Of a stretch of 64,000 bases of DNA, positions 18,936 through 29,049 are shown piece after piece. The notes under the pieces were generated by a model. The model searched no databases, had not been told where the DNA came from, and saw nothing but the letters and a program-made list of their open reading frames with translations. Source of the stretch: Candidatus Bathyarchaeota archaeon. GTDB taxonomy: Archaea; Thermoproteota; Bathyarchaeia; Bathyarchaeales; Bathycorpusculaceae. Position 1 is the first letter of the stretch. Each line of letters begins with the position of its first letter. The stretch covers positions 192,001-256,000 of the forward strand of contig CAWFFH010000003.1 in NCBI GenBank assembly GCA_963815095.1, read 5' to 3'. Made by a program: the position numbers and the translations under genes.

Positions 18936-20273
18936 ATGGTCTGGCAGGTTTTCATAAAGAACTTCGGTTGTTCCTCCAACTTAGCGGATGGCGAAGTCTT
19001 GGCCGGTTGTTTAGCACAAGCAGGATTCCAATTAGCCAAATCGGAATTGGAAGCTGATCTAATAATCTTCAATACTTGCGCAGTCAAAGGACCCACAGAA
19101 AACCGCATAATCGATGCCCTAAAACATGCCCCAAAAGACAAAAAAATTGTCGTGGCAGGTTGTTTACCCAAAATTAGTTTTGAACGCCTATGCCGGGAAG
19201 CCAATTTTGACGGTGCAGTTGGTCCAGCGCTTGGCAAAGAAATTTTGGAAATTGTGAGGCGCGTTTTGGCTGGCGAGAGAGTGATTGATTTAGCCCCAGT
19301 CAAGGAAAAGCCGTTATTGAGTCTGCCAAGACACACTTCCAACCCAGTTGTTAGTATTATACCCGTAAATTTTGGTTGCTTAGGCAGCTGTGCCTATTGT
19401 TGTGTTGTGTTAGCCCGAGGACATCTGCGAAGCTACAGCATAAAAGAAGTTACGGAGCGTGTGCAAATAGACTATGCAGCTGGTGCAAGAGAGTTTTGGA
19501 TCACCTCACAAGACACAGCTGCTTATGGAAGGGATTTGGGTACTGACCTTGCCGAATTGTTGACATCGATAGGTGGTTTAGCGGGGAATTTTCGGGTCAG
19601 GGTTGGCATGATGACGCCTAACTTGGTTACGGATATGCAAAGCCGACTCATAATTGCATTTAACAACCCAAAAATCTTCAAATTCTTACACTTACCCATT
19701 CAAAGCGGAGATGAAACGGTGCTCCAGCATATGCGCAGATTCTACACATCAGCCGAGTTCAGAGGGATCGTGAATACTTTCAGAAACGAATTTCCCAAAT
19801 TAACTTTAGCAACGGACGTTATAGTTGGGTTTCCTGGAGAAACCACAGAAGCTTTTGACAATACTCTTAGGCTTTTGGAGGAAGTTAAGCCTGATGTGAT
19901 TAATGTTTCGAAGTTTTTTGCTCGCCCCAAAACTGTAGCAGCCAGGATAAAAGAGGGGTTGGTGGATAAGGAAGAAACCAAGCGCAGAAGCACAGCTGCT
20001 TCGGAGTTAGCAAAGCGGCTTTCAGCTGGGCAGAACCTTCGTTGGGTTGGTTGGAGTGGGGAGATGCTGGTTGATGAGAAGGGCAAAGTTGAGGGTTCGT
20101 GGGTTGGACGCAACTTTGCTTACAAACCAATCGTCATTAAAAGCAACAATAACTTGTTGGGTAAAACGTTGCAGGTCAAAGTTGTGGAAGCTTCTGGAAC
20201 CTATCTAAAAGGCTCAATTTTGGAAATCTGTACTTGCAGTAGAAACTTGCTTGAATGTAAGAGTACTAAGTAA
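18936..20273 (+). CDS. tRNA ms2t6A37 methylthiotransferase (archaeal MtaB/CDKAL1 type)
   Basis: NFGCSSN, FNTCAVK, VVAGCLP, GCLGSCAYC radical-SAM motif, HLPIQSG, TDVIVGFPGET, C-terminal TRAM domain. ATG 18936 preferred. Confidence 0.92.
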   Translation: MVWQVFIKNFGCSSNLADGEVLAGCLAQAGFQLAKSELEADLIIFNTCAVKGPTENRIIDALKHAPKDKKIVVAGCLPKISFERLCREANFDGAVGPALGKEILEIVRRVLAGERVIDLAPVKEKPLLSLPRHTSNPVVSIIPVNFGCLGSCAYCCVVLARGHLRSYSIKEVTERVQIDYAAGAREFWITSQDTAAYGRDLGTDLAELLTSIGGLAGNFRVRVGMMTPNLVTDMQSRLIIAFNNPKIFKFLHLPIQSGDETVLQHMRRFYTSAEFRGIVNTFRNEFPKLTLATDVIVGFPGETTEAFDNTLRLLEEVKPDVINVSKFFARPKTVAARIKEGLVDKEETKRRSTAASELAKRLSAGQNLRWVGWSGEMLVDEKGKVEGSWVGRNFAYKPIVIKSNNNLLGKTLQVKVVEASGTYLKGSILEICTCSRNLLECKSTK

Positions 20274-20412
20274 TTCAACTGAGAACCCAGTTTTCCTCAA
20301 CATAGAAAGATGTTCTTAGACTGTTATCGGATGATATTCAACGCCGAACCTCTTCATGTCATATCTGAATGCTTAAATAATTTCGGTTAATGTAGTTTGT
20401 TCAGGTCGTAAA

Positions 20413-21837
20413 ATGACTACCACGCAATCGAACGTTTGCTTTTTTAACACTTTAACGCGAAAAAAAGAACTTTTTAAGCCGTTGGAAGCTGGCAAAGTGA
20501 AAATGTACACTTGTGGTCCCACAGTTTATGATTTTGCCCATATAGGGAACTTTCGGGCTTTTCTCTTTGAAGATTTACTTAAACGCTGGTTAGTGCAACG
20601 GGGCTTCAAAGTTACCCATGTAATGAACTTGACTGATATTGATGATAAAACTATTAAGGGCAGCCAAAAACAAGGTATCCCACTTAGGCAATTCACAGAT
20701 TTCTACGTGAAAGCCTTCTTTGAAGACATCAAAGTCCTAAACATCGAATTCGCAGACGTTTATCCCAAAGCCACCGACCACATCCCAGAAATGGTCACAT
20801 TAATCAAGATTTTAATGACTAAAGGCTACGCCTACCGCGGCGAAGATGGCTCCATCTATTTCTCAGTATGTAAATTTCAAGACTACGGAAAAATGTCAAA
20901 AATCAAAGTTGATGAATTAAAGGTTGGGGCAAGAGTAAGCCAAGACGAGTATGCTAAAGAAGAAGCTCAAGATTTTGCACTTTGGAAAGCCTGGACGATA
21001 GAAGACGGCGACGTGTTTTGGGAAACTGAATTGGGCAAGGGCAGGCCGGGCTGGCACATTGAATGCAGCGCTATGTCTATGAAATATCTTGGCGAAACCT
21101 TTGATATCCATTGTGGCGGAGTTGACAATATGTTTCCGCACCATGAAAACGAGACTGCCCAATCCGAGGCGGCAACTGGTAAGAAATTTGTGAATTACTG
21201 GATGCACAATGAGCATTTGCAGGTGGAGGGCAAAAAAATGTCCAAACGCCTTGGCAACTTTTACACTCTTCGCGACCTATTAGCCAAAGGATACGACCCG
21301 ATTGCAATTCGTTACCTTCTAATGTCCACTCATTACCGTCAACAATTCAACTTTACTTTTGAAGGCTTAGAATCCGCTAAGGGCGCAGTAGATAGGCTAA
21401 GAAATTTTGTTCGCCGTTTACATGATGCCGATGGCAAAGAAAGCGGGGGAAAAGTTACGACTTTTATAATGAAAGCTGAAGCATGTTTTGGTGGCTCGAT
21501 GGACGATGACTTAAACATTGGAATAGCGTTGGCTTCGCTTTTTGATTTTGTGCGTGAAATCAACAACCTGCTCGATGCTAATTTAGTAAGCAAGAATGAA
21601 GCAGCCGATGTTGGCGGTTTAATGATGAAGTTCGACTCGGTCTTAGGTGTAGTTGGAAAAGTGGAAGTAGAAGAAGCATTGCCTGCTGACATTGACGTAC
21701 TCGTTCAGAAGCGTGAGGCAGCCCGCAAAGCCAAGAATTGGAAAGAATCTGACGCCTTAAGAGCCCAGCTAAAGGCCATGGGTATTGTGCTTGAAGACAC
21801 AGCACAAGGCATCCGGTGGCACAAAGAGAAACCTTAG
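20413..21837 (+). CDS. cysS: Cysteine--tRNA ligase
   Basis: [15 protein letters not shown] (HIGH), [23 protein letters not shown]. Confidence 0.98.
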   Translation: MTTTQSNVCFFNTLTRKKELFKPLEAGKVKMYTCGPTVYDFAHIGNFRAFLFEDLLKRWLVQRGFKVTHVMNLTDIDDKTIKGSQKQGIPLRQFTDFYVKAFFEDIKVLNIEFADVYPKATDHIPEMVTLIKILMTKGYAYRGEDGSIYFSVCKFQDYGKMSKIKVDELKVGARVSQDEYAKEEAQDFALWKAWTIEDGDVFWETELGKGRPGWHIECSAMSMKYLGETFDIHCGGVDNMFPHHENETAQSEAATGKKFVNYWMHNEHLQVEGKKMSKRLGNFYTLRDLLAKGYDPIAIRYLLMSTHYRQQFNFTFEGLESAKGAVDRLRNFVRRLHDADGKESGGKVTTFIMKAEACFGGSMDDDLNIGIALASLFDFVREINNLLDANLVSKNEAADVGGLMMKFDSVLGVVGKVEVEEALPADIDVLVQKREAARKAKNWKESDALRAQLKAMGIVLEDTAQGIRWHKEKP

Positions 21838-22616
21838 AGTTTGGTGCCCAAATTCCATTCTTTTGTAGAGTATTTTTCTTTATAGAGCTTATTTGAGGTT
21901 TCTTTTTCAAATTGGGTTAATGTGCCAGGTTCGAGTTGGATTTTGAGCATTGCCCTAAAACCCTGTGCCAACGCGTTAGCAATTGTGTCGGGAGAGATTT
22001 TGTGACCTAATTCGTTTTGGATACTAGTTATTTTGCGTTTTGCGATATCAGCGGTTTGGGTACAACTGGCGTCTTTAAGTTTTAGGAGTTGGAACATTTT
22101 GGGTAGATCTACGCTTCTCAAAAGTGTTCCATGTTGGAGAACCACGCCATGGGTGATGGTTTGGCTGCTGCCCGAGACTTTTTTGCCATTTACAGTCAGG
22201 TTTGGGCAATTTTTAGCGTTTCCTTCGCTAAAGTCAGCTGTAATTCCTAAAATGCGGAGCGCATCAGTTATTGCCCGATAAATTTGGATGTAAGCGCTCG
22301 TTATGTCGCCTGTGCCGAAATCTTCGGTTTTTGCGGTTACACTGTATGTAACTTCGCCTTCAAAATCATGGTAAACCGTTCCGCCTCCACTGATACGTCT
22401 AACCACGTCGACGCCCCATTTCTTGCAAGCATCCAGATAAAGTTCGTTTTCGGGGTTCTGATTCTTGCCAATGCTAACTGCGGATGGTTGCCAGCGATAA
22501 AACCGCAAAGTATTCGGGACATCCCCAGCGATTCGCGCTGTCAAAATTGCCTCGTCGATTGCCATGTTCATAAACGCGTCGCTGGTTTCTATGGGAAGTA
22601 AACGCCAAGTATCCAT
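21834..22616 (-). CDS. Lipoate-protein ligase/octanoyltransferase family protein
   Basis: NMAIDEAI, TLRFYRW, VVRRISGGGTVYHD, GKKVSGSSQ, LQHGTLL. Confidence 0.92.
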   Translation of the reverse strand: MDTWRLLPIETSDAFMNMAIDEAILTARIAGDVPNTLRFYRWQPSAVSIGKNQNPENELYLDACKKWGVDVVRRISGGGTVYHDFEGEVTYSVTAKTEDFGTGDITSAYIQIYRAITDALRILGITADFSEGNAKNCPNLTVNGKKVSGSSQTITHGVVLQHGTLLRSVDLPKMFQLLKLKDASCTQTADIAKRKITSIQNELGHKISPDTIANALAQGFRAMLKIQLEPGTLTQFEKETSNKLYKEKYSTKEWNLGTKL

Positions 22617-22765
22617 TCAACTCAATTCCTTCCCAATGAAAACTTTGTTAAACTTAAAACTGTTATGCAAAACCAGCCTTTCTAAAGAAAAAGCATCGAC
22701 ACGCTTGAGGAATAGATAAATGCTTAAAAACTAAGCAAATGCATCTCTAAGAAGAAGGAAATAAA

Positions 22766-23647
22766 ATGAAGATCGTCTCTGGTCCAGCTTCCAAAGAACT
22801 CGCTGAAGCGGTTTCAGCGTCAACGGGTTTCCAAAATGTTCCTGTTGTATCGAAGATTTTCCCCGACGGCGAATCCTACGTCCGTTTAGACGGGAAGGTA
22901 GAAGGAGAAGATGTTGCAGTTGTGCAGACCACTTGCCCTCCCATGCAAGATGGAAGGCTTTTTCAGTTAGCTTTTTTGGCCGATTCGGCTAAGCGGGCAG
23001 GCGCAAAAAAAGTCACCGCAGTCGTTCCGTATTTGGCATATGCTAGGCAAGACAAAACTTTTCTTTCAGGCGAGGGCATTAGCGTTGAAACTATCGCGCG
23101 AATGCTTAAAGCCGCAGGAATAGACCAGTTTCTAACCGTAAACATTCATTCTGAACCCACATTGGCGCAGTTTCCCTTTCCATCTAAAACACTAAGCGCT
23201 ATCCCACTTATAGCAGACTATTTTGTGAAAAAAGGCTACAAAGGTGCATATGCACTTTCCCCTGACAAAGGAGCCATGTACATTGCAAAACAGGCACAGA
23301 CGGTTTTAGGCGGTGACGTGGGGCACCTTAGCAAAACTCGCGACCGCTACACTGGTCAAACTGTCCAAACGGCAGAGGGCCTAAATGTGAAAGGTCAAAC
23401 CGTCATTATCCTCGATGACATCATCAGTACAGGGGGTACCATCGTTGGTGCAGCAAAAATCCTCCGTGAACAGGGCGCTAAACATGTTTTCTGCGGTTGC
23501 GTCCATGGCTTGCTTATTGGCGACGCTGAGAAACGCATTTTGGATGCAGGTGTGGAAGAAATCGTGGGCACAGATAGCGTTCCCGGAAGTGTAAGCAAGG
23601 TGTCTTTGGCACCACTTATCAGTCAAGAGCTTAAGGCGCAACAGTAG
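22766..23647 (+). CDS. prs: Ribose-phosphate pyrophosphokinase
   Basis: FPDGESYVR, VPYLAYARQDK, SPDKGA, ILDDIISTGGT. Confidence 0.96.
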   Translation: MKIVSGPASKELAEAVSASTGFQNVPVVSKIFPDGESYVRLDGKVEGEDVAVVQTTCPPMQDGRLFQLAFLADSAKRAGAKKVTAVVPYLAYARQDKTFLSGEGISVETIARMLKAAGIDQFLTVNIHSEPTLAQFPFPSKTLSAIPLIADYFVKKGYKGAYALSPDKGAMYIAKQAQTVLGGDVGHLSKTRDRYTGQTVQTAEGLNVKGQTVIILDDIISTGGTIVGAAKILREQGAKHVFCGCVHGLLIGDAEKRILDAGVEEIVGTDSVPGSVSKVSLAPLISQELKAQQ

Positions 23648-24693
23648 TGCCCAAACTTTTCTTTTTGCTCTCAGGCGAGAATGAAACTATGCCTGCCGCA
23701 GAAGTTAAAGCAATTTTGGAGGCAGAAGGCTTCGTTTATTCTAACGCTTCAGAGTTTGACCAGATTCTCCGATTGGAAGCCGACGCAGGCAGTGTCCAAG
23801 CGGTGCAGGTACGATCGGCTTACACCCGGTTTTCGGCCTTGGAACTTTTTGTAGCAAACGCTAATTTTGATGACATTGTCACCGCAGCAAAAGAAACAGA
23901 TTTTAAAGCTGTCCTCAAACCCGGCGAAAGCTTTGTGGTGCGCATAAACCGAATTAGAAACTACGCCGACAAAGATCTGAACACGATGACACTTGAAGGC
24001 AATCTGGGCAAGCAAATCCTAAACCTCACAGAAGGCACCAAAGTCAGCTTAAAAAACCCAGATAAAACCTTCATAGGCATAATAACTGACGATAAACTCA
24101 TTTTGGGCTTAAAATTAACCGATATCACCAGTAAAACCTTCTCTGAACGTCGTCCTCGCAAAAAACCGTTCTTCCACCCATCAGCGATGCCGTCGAAGAT
24201 GGCACGTTGCATTGTTAATTTGTCACATGCAAAAGCCGATTCAGTACTGCTTGACCCATTTTGCGGCACAGGAACTTCACTAATAGAAGCCACCTACATT
24301 GGCTGCCGAGCAGTCGGGGTAGATGCGCAGCGTCGAATGGTTTTGGGAACTAGGAAGAACTTGCGGTTCTTCAACATCTCGGCTGAGGGTTTAGTTCTGG
24401 CAGATTCACGAAAACCCCCATTTTTCAAAGTTGACTGCGTAATTACTGACCCACCTTACGGACGTTCGTCGAGCACAATGAAATCAACTACAGAACAGCT
24501 AGTTAAAGACGTTTTAGCCTCATCACTTGAGCTGCTAGGTGTGGGGCAACGAATTTGTATAGCTTCCCCTAAAACATTAAACATATCGCGTATAGGAACT
24601 GAGTTGGGCTATCGGCATGTGGAATCTCACTTTGCCTATATCCATCAGTCTTTGACGCGGGAAATTGCAGTGTTCGAAAAGGTGCAAAACTGA
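23647..24693 (+). CDS. tRNA (guanine(10)-N2)-methyltransferase (THUMP + Rossmann MTase, Trm11/TrmG10-like)
   Basis: RRPRKKPFFHPSAM, LLDPFCGTGT, ITDPPYGRS. Confidence 0.88.
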   Translation: MPKLFFLLSGENETMPAAEVKAILEAEGFVYSNASEFDQILRLEADAGSVQAVQVRSAYTRFSALELFVANANFDDIVTAAKETDFKAVLKPGESFVVRINRIRNYADKDLNTMTLEGNLGKQILNLTEGTKVSLKNPDKTFIGIITDDKLILGLKLTDITSKTFSERRPRKKPFFHPSAMPSKMARCIVNLSHAKADSVLLDPFCGTGTSLIEATYIGCRAVGVDAQRRMVLGTRKNLRFFNISAEGLVLADSRKPPFFKVDCVITDPPYGRSSSTMKSTTEQLVKDVLASSLELLGVGQRICIASPKTLNISRIGTELGYRHVESHFAYIHQSLTREIAVFEKVQN

Positions 24694-25614
24694 ATGAGTC
24701 TTCGTGTGGTTTTTTTAGGAACAAGCGGTAGCGTACCAACACTAAAACGCAGCTTGCCCTCTGTTGTGGTGCAGTGTCCACGTGACCAATGGATGTTTGA
24801 CTGCGGCGAAAACGTTCAACGCCAAATGATGGCAGCAAAAGTCAGTTTTCACCGTAAAATGAAGGTTTTCATAACTCATCTTCATGGTGATCATGTACTC
24901 GGGCTGCCAGGGCTACTACAAACTATGGCGTTGATGGACCGTAAAGAATCCGTCCAAATTTATGGACCTGCGGGACTCAAGGATTTTTTGGTTTGTACCA
25001 AAGAAACACTCAATTTCGGCTTAAACTACCCAGTTGAAATCAACCAAATCCTAAGCGAAGGTGTCATCTGCGACGAAGAAGAATACCAAGTTATAGCAAC
25101 CAAATCCAATCATGCTGTGGATGGTTACTCTTTTGCGTTTTTGGAGAAGCCGCGTCCAGGTAAGTTTTACCCCAAAAAAGCTTTGGCAATGGGAGTTGCA
25201 GCTGGCGAGTTGTGGTCAAGGTTGCAAAGAGGAGAGAAAATCACATTGGCGGATAGCAAGGTGGTTAAACCAAGTGATGTCATGGGTCCAATGAGGGCAG
25301 GACGAAAAATCGTGTATACAGGTGACACCAAACCTTTCAAAGCGTTTGCAAAGTTTGCTGAGGGTGCAGATTTAGTTATTCATGACTGCACCTTCGATGA
25401 CTCGCTTGCAGAAAAAGCTGATATGGATGGGCATTCAACACCAACTCAAGCGGCAGGGCAAGCAAAGGCGGCTGAAGCAAAACAGCTGATTCTATCGCAC
25501 ATCAGCGCACGGTACCCAAATGCGGGGCTGCTTTTGGAACAAGCCAAAAAAGTCTTCCCAAACACCGTGCTAGCTGAAGACTTTATGGAGTTAGAACTGC
25601 CCTTAAGCAAGTAA
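24694..25614 (+). CDS. rnz: Ribonuclease Z
   Basis: FLGTSGSVPT, FDCGE, THLHGDH, flexible arm with GELWSRLQRG, YTGDT, GHST, LSHISARY. Confidence 0.96.
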   Translation: MSLRVVFLGTSGSVPTLKRSLPSVVVQCPRDQWMFDCGENVQRQMMAAKVSFHRKMKVFITHLHGDHVLGLPGLLQTMALMDRKESVQIYGPAGLKDFLVCTKETLNFGLNYPVEINQILSEGVICDEEEYQVIATKSNHAVDGYSFAFLEKPRPGKFYPKKALAMGVAAGELWSRLQRGEKITLADSKVVKPSDVMGPMRAGRKIVYTGDTKPFKAFAKFAEGADLVIHDCTFDDSLAEKADMDGHSTPTQAAGQAKAAEAKQLILSHISARYPNAGLLLEQAKKVFPNTVLAEDFMELELPLSK

Positions 25615-26385
25615 ATGTTTCAGTTTCTTGATGCTTTCAGGCACTTTATGCATTGATTCAACTACAACGATCTTGTCGTAGCCGATTTTGTTGAGTGTTT
25701 CTGCAAACCAGTTATAATCGATATTACCGTCTTCAACGCCGTAATGTTGGTCTTCTGAACCATCGTTGTTGCTTGCATGAATGTGGACTATTTTGTCTGC
25801 AAGTTTGTTAAAGAAGGGTTGGATTTGTCCTTCCAAGTTGGCGTGTCCAAGGTCCATAGTGATGCCTATGGGCAAATTAGTTTCCTTATACATTCGCATG
25901 AATTCTTCAGGTGTGTTCATCAAAAACCAATACTTTGCAGGCAGGTTTTCCATTGCAATGTTTACGCCATATTCTTCGGCTTGTTTGTAGAGGATCTGGA
26001 TACTTTGGCACATCTGTATAAAGTCAGCTCCCGGATAAAATTGCCCGATGCCTGTCCGTTGCCCCGGGTGGAAAACCCACATTTTAGCATCAATTGCACT
26101 GGCGTTGGCTAACGATTGGTTTAGGCGTTTTAGTGAAGCATTCAGTAAGGGCTTAACTGGAGAGGCAATGTTGATGTCGGCAAAGGGTGCATGCAAGCTG
26201 TATGTAAGATCGTAGGATTTTGCGGCTTCTTTGAGTAGCGCGATGCGTTTTTTGTCAAGGTCGTAGGTACCGTCATCCAAAATCTCAATGTACTTAGTAC
26301 CCATAGCGCCCAAACGTTTTACCATGCGATTGAATGGTTCGCCAAGGCAGTATAACATCGACACGCCTACTTTCGCTTTAGACAT
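25603..26385 (-). CDS. Sugar phosphate isomerase/epimerase (xylose isomerase-like TIM barrel)
   Basis: SLHAPFADINIAS, VFHPG, IAMENLP, MDLGHAN, HIHASNN..DQH. Confidence 0.88.
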   Translation of the reverse strand: MSKAKVGVSMLYCLGEPFNRMVKRLGAMGTKYIEILDDGTYDLDKKRIALLKEAAKSYDLTYSLHAPFADINIASPVKPLLNASLKRLNQSLANASAIDAKMWVFHPGQRTGIGQFYPGADFIQMCQSIQILYKQAEEYGVNIAMENLPAKYWFLMNTPEEFMRMYKETNLPIGITMDLGHANLEGQIQPFFNKLADKIVHIHASNNDGSEDQHYGVEDGNIDYNWFAETLNKIGYDKIVVVESMHKVPESIKKLKHLLA

Positions 26386-26529
26386 ACAGTTTCCTCTTTT
26401 AAATTGGAATGGTTCTGGTTAAAAGCCAACCTACCTAAATAACTTAATCCTTAAAAGAATATGAACCAATGAAAATGAAATTTAAATTCAAATTATACCA
26501 AAAACAACTACGCACAACAAAATTAGCAT

Positions 26530-27041
26530 CTAACGGAATAGTTGCCTTCCCCATTGATTCTGTACATTTTCAGATCGGGTTGTTTTGTACTGAACCTGTC
26601 TTATGCCCAGCGCGAGTTCGGTGAATCCTTTAATGGTTGTATATTGGAAGTCCCATGTTGGCGTGCCGTACCGTAAGCCGCTGCACATAGTGTCCGCATG
26701 AAATAAAGTTGATTTTCCATGTAGTTGAATGCTGCTTGATTGGGTTCGCCATATTTTGGTTCGGCAAGGATTTTGAAAGGCCAGATTTTGCATGCTTCCG
26801 GCTTTATGCCTTGTAAGCCGCAGAAGTAAGTGTTTGCTTTGTTGCAGAGGAAACCGCAGGAGCCATCGCTGGTACGCTTGATGTAGAAGCGTTCTAAACC
26901 GGCGATGGTAGTTTCAACACCGAATGTTTTGGATATATTGATCCATTCAGGAAACCCAAGCACGACGCTGTAGAGTTTACAGCAATAACCACAAGCTTTG
27001 CAACGCCAATCTGCAACGTTCTGCCATGGAACAAACTGCAT
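26530..27041 (-). pseudogene. YkgJ-family cysteine-cluster protein, frameshifted near 26700 (possibly a sequencing error)
   Basis: CKACGYCC...C..L...CGL..KPEACKIWPF in ORF 26601..27041; plausible C-terminus ADTMCSGLRYGTPTW...RQLFR is in the frame of ORF 26530..26793; one extra T in CTTTATTTCAT joins them. Confidence 0.75.
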
Positions 27042-27111
27042 TTCTAAGCAGCCCTCTTGAGAAACAGAAACTATTGAGGATTAAATTCCTTTCCAACCAA
27101 CGAGAGGAAAA

Positions 27112-27588
27112 TTAGGGTTTTTTGTATAGGTAAATCGTGTGTGACGGATATCCGAGCTGGGGGTTTTCGCAGAAATTTTGAACTTTCTCTGGTTGCCAAC
27201 CGATAATCTCATAATCGTGAGAGACCACACGTGCACCTTTCTTTAGGTCATTTTCCAGTTTGGGTTTGATTTTCTCATTAGCACTCGTTGTTAAATACAG
27301 ATAAACCACGTCTGCAGAGGTTAAGTTTACGTTGAACATGTCAGCATTCATGATTGTTACTCGGTCGTCTAAGCCGCTTTCGTGAATGCTGCCCATGGCT
27401 TTCTTTGCTAAATCCTCTCGAAGTTCGATGCCGACTCCACGAGCGCCAAAAGTCTTAGCTGCCATAATCACAGTTCTACCGTCTCCTGAACCCATATCGA
27501 AGAGGACTTCACCGGCCTTCAAATCGGCCATTTTAAGCATATATTCTACGACAAGCGTGGGGCTTGGAACAAAAGGAGCAATAAACAT
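27112..27588 (-). CDS. Class I SAM-dependent methyltransferase
   Basis: APFVPSP, LFDMGSGDGR, GVGIEL, VVYLYL, ARVVSHDY; start MFIAPF at 27588. Confidence 0.9.
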   Translation of the reverse strand: MFIAPFVPSPTLVVEYMLKMADLKAGEVLFDMGSGDGRTVIMAAKTFGARGVGIELREDLAKKAMGSIHESGLDDRVTIMNADMFNVNLTSADVVYLYLTTSANEKIKPKLENDLKKGARVVSHDYEIIGWQPEKVQNFCENPQLGYPSHTIYLYKKP

Positions 27589-27617
27589 TTTCAGTTTTCC
27601 TCCCGTAACTCCTGCTG

Positions 27618-27944
27618 TTATGCTACATAAGCGTCTTTTTTCGATTGAGGTCTTTTTGCTTCGCCGCACTTCACGCAACTTTGCGCACATAAGTCAAGGT
27701 ATTTTGCTTCGTCTGCGGAACCAACGGCTTTTGCTGCTTTGATGCACATTTCGCTGGGTTCTTTGCAGCCTTCTTCTTTGCATAGGTTTGAGATATATTG
27801 GCAAACTTCCTGTACGTCTTTGGGTTCGAGAACTGCTCTGTTGGTGCGTACAAGTAAACAGAGTTCACGCGCCATAACGCAGGTCTTAACATATTTGATG
27901 CGATCTAGAACTTCATTGCGTAGATTCTTTCGGCTTATCTCCAA
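27618..27944 (-). CDS. Hypothetical Cys-rich protein
   Basis: 108-aa ORF with about 9 Cys (e.g. CAQSCVKC), co-oriented 29 nt upstream of the methyltransferase. Confidence 0.7.
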   Translation of the reverse strand: MEISRKNLRNEVLDRIKYVKTCVMARELCLLVRTNRAVLEPKDVQEVCQYISNLCKEEGCKEPSEMCIKAAKAVGSADEAKYLDLCAQSCVKCGEAKRPQSKKDAYVA

Positions 27945-28111
27945 ACTCTTTGCTCCTATGACATAACAAGCAGATGAGCAAACTAAGCGGCTTTAGACTT
28001 AAAAAGTTGCTGTTACATGCTCTGAAGGCTTGCTGAGTTCACGAAAAGCTATTAACTTGTCCCTATGCAAGACTGTAACGGCGACTGAAAATGTATTGGG
28101 ATGGGTAAAAG

Positions 28112-29038
28112 TTGGAAGCTAAAACCAAAAAAATCCTCATACTAATAATCGCCTTGGCGGTCATTCTAAATGCTGTCACGTTTCTAACTGCTTATCCAGA
28201 AACATTCAAGCCGATGTCACCGATTTATGCAAGAGATTTTTCTGCTTACTATATCGGGGAATGGCGACTATTCAACAATCCATCGACAATTTACATAGGT
28301 GGCAATCAGCCGGGTGATTATCATATTTCTCCAAATGTCCAGACCTTTAAGTATACGCCCTCTTTTCTGATTTTTTTTGCGCCTTTTATAAATTTAAGCT
28401 ATCAGAATGCGCTTAACGTTTTTGATATACTGCAATTTGTCTCTATCTTTGCGTTAGCTTTCTTTGTTTACAAAATTGTTAAAGACAAAAAACTTTTATG
28501 GGGTGCCGTAGCAGCCGTCATGGTTTTAATTGCCTTCCAAAACGGTTACTATTGGGGTTACGCTCAAGCAAACGCCCACATAATTCAAACCTCTCTCATC
28601 GTTGGTGCCTTGTATTTTGGGTTCTCTAAAAAACCATGGCTTTCCGCATTGTTTTTTTCGGTAGCTGCATTTGATCCACGCATTGCTCTTCTTGCGCTAC
28701 CACTGCTTCTATGGTACAATAGACAAAAACTTCTAAAGTTTGGGATAGGTGCGGTTGCATTCCTTGGAGCTTTTAACTTACCTTTTTTCTTCTATAACAA
28801 TATAGGATTAAACTTTTTGCAAACAGAAGTTAATGGTGAAATCGCTTCACAGATTTATCCTTACGATTTGGTTCCTATGATTGCCGTAGCCACAATAACT
28901 ATTCTCGAAGTACTAACTATAATTGACAAGAGAACGAATTTTAGTTTTCTAATAGAAACTAAACTTTTAAAGCTAAAAAACTACCCCAAGAAGACATCTT
29001 CATTAGAAAATTCAATTGCAAAAAACAATAATTCCTGA
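28112..29038 (+). CDS. GT-C fold membrane glycosyltransferase (GT87/DUF2029-like)
   Basis: RDFSAYY after the first TM helix, FKYTPSFL, QANAHI, multiple TM segments. Confidence 0.75.
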   Translation: MEAKTKKILILIIALAVILNAVTFLTAYPETFKPMSPIYARDFSAYYIGEWRLFNNPSTIYIGGNQPGDYHISPNVQTFKYTPSFLIFFAPFINLSYQNALNVFDILQFVSIFALAFFVYKIVKDKKLLWGAVAAVMVLIAFQNGYYWGYAQANAHIIQTSLIVGALYFGFSKKPWLSALFFSVAAFDPRIALLALPLLLWYNRQKLLKFGIGAVAFLGAFNLPFFFYNNIGLNFLQTEVNGEIASQIYPYDLVPMIAVATITILEVLTIIDKRTNFSFLIETKLLKLKNYPKKTSSLENSIAKNNNS

Positions 29039-29049
29039 AAACTTCAGCG

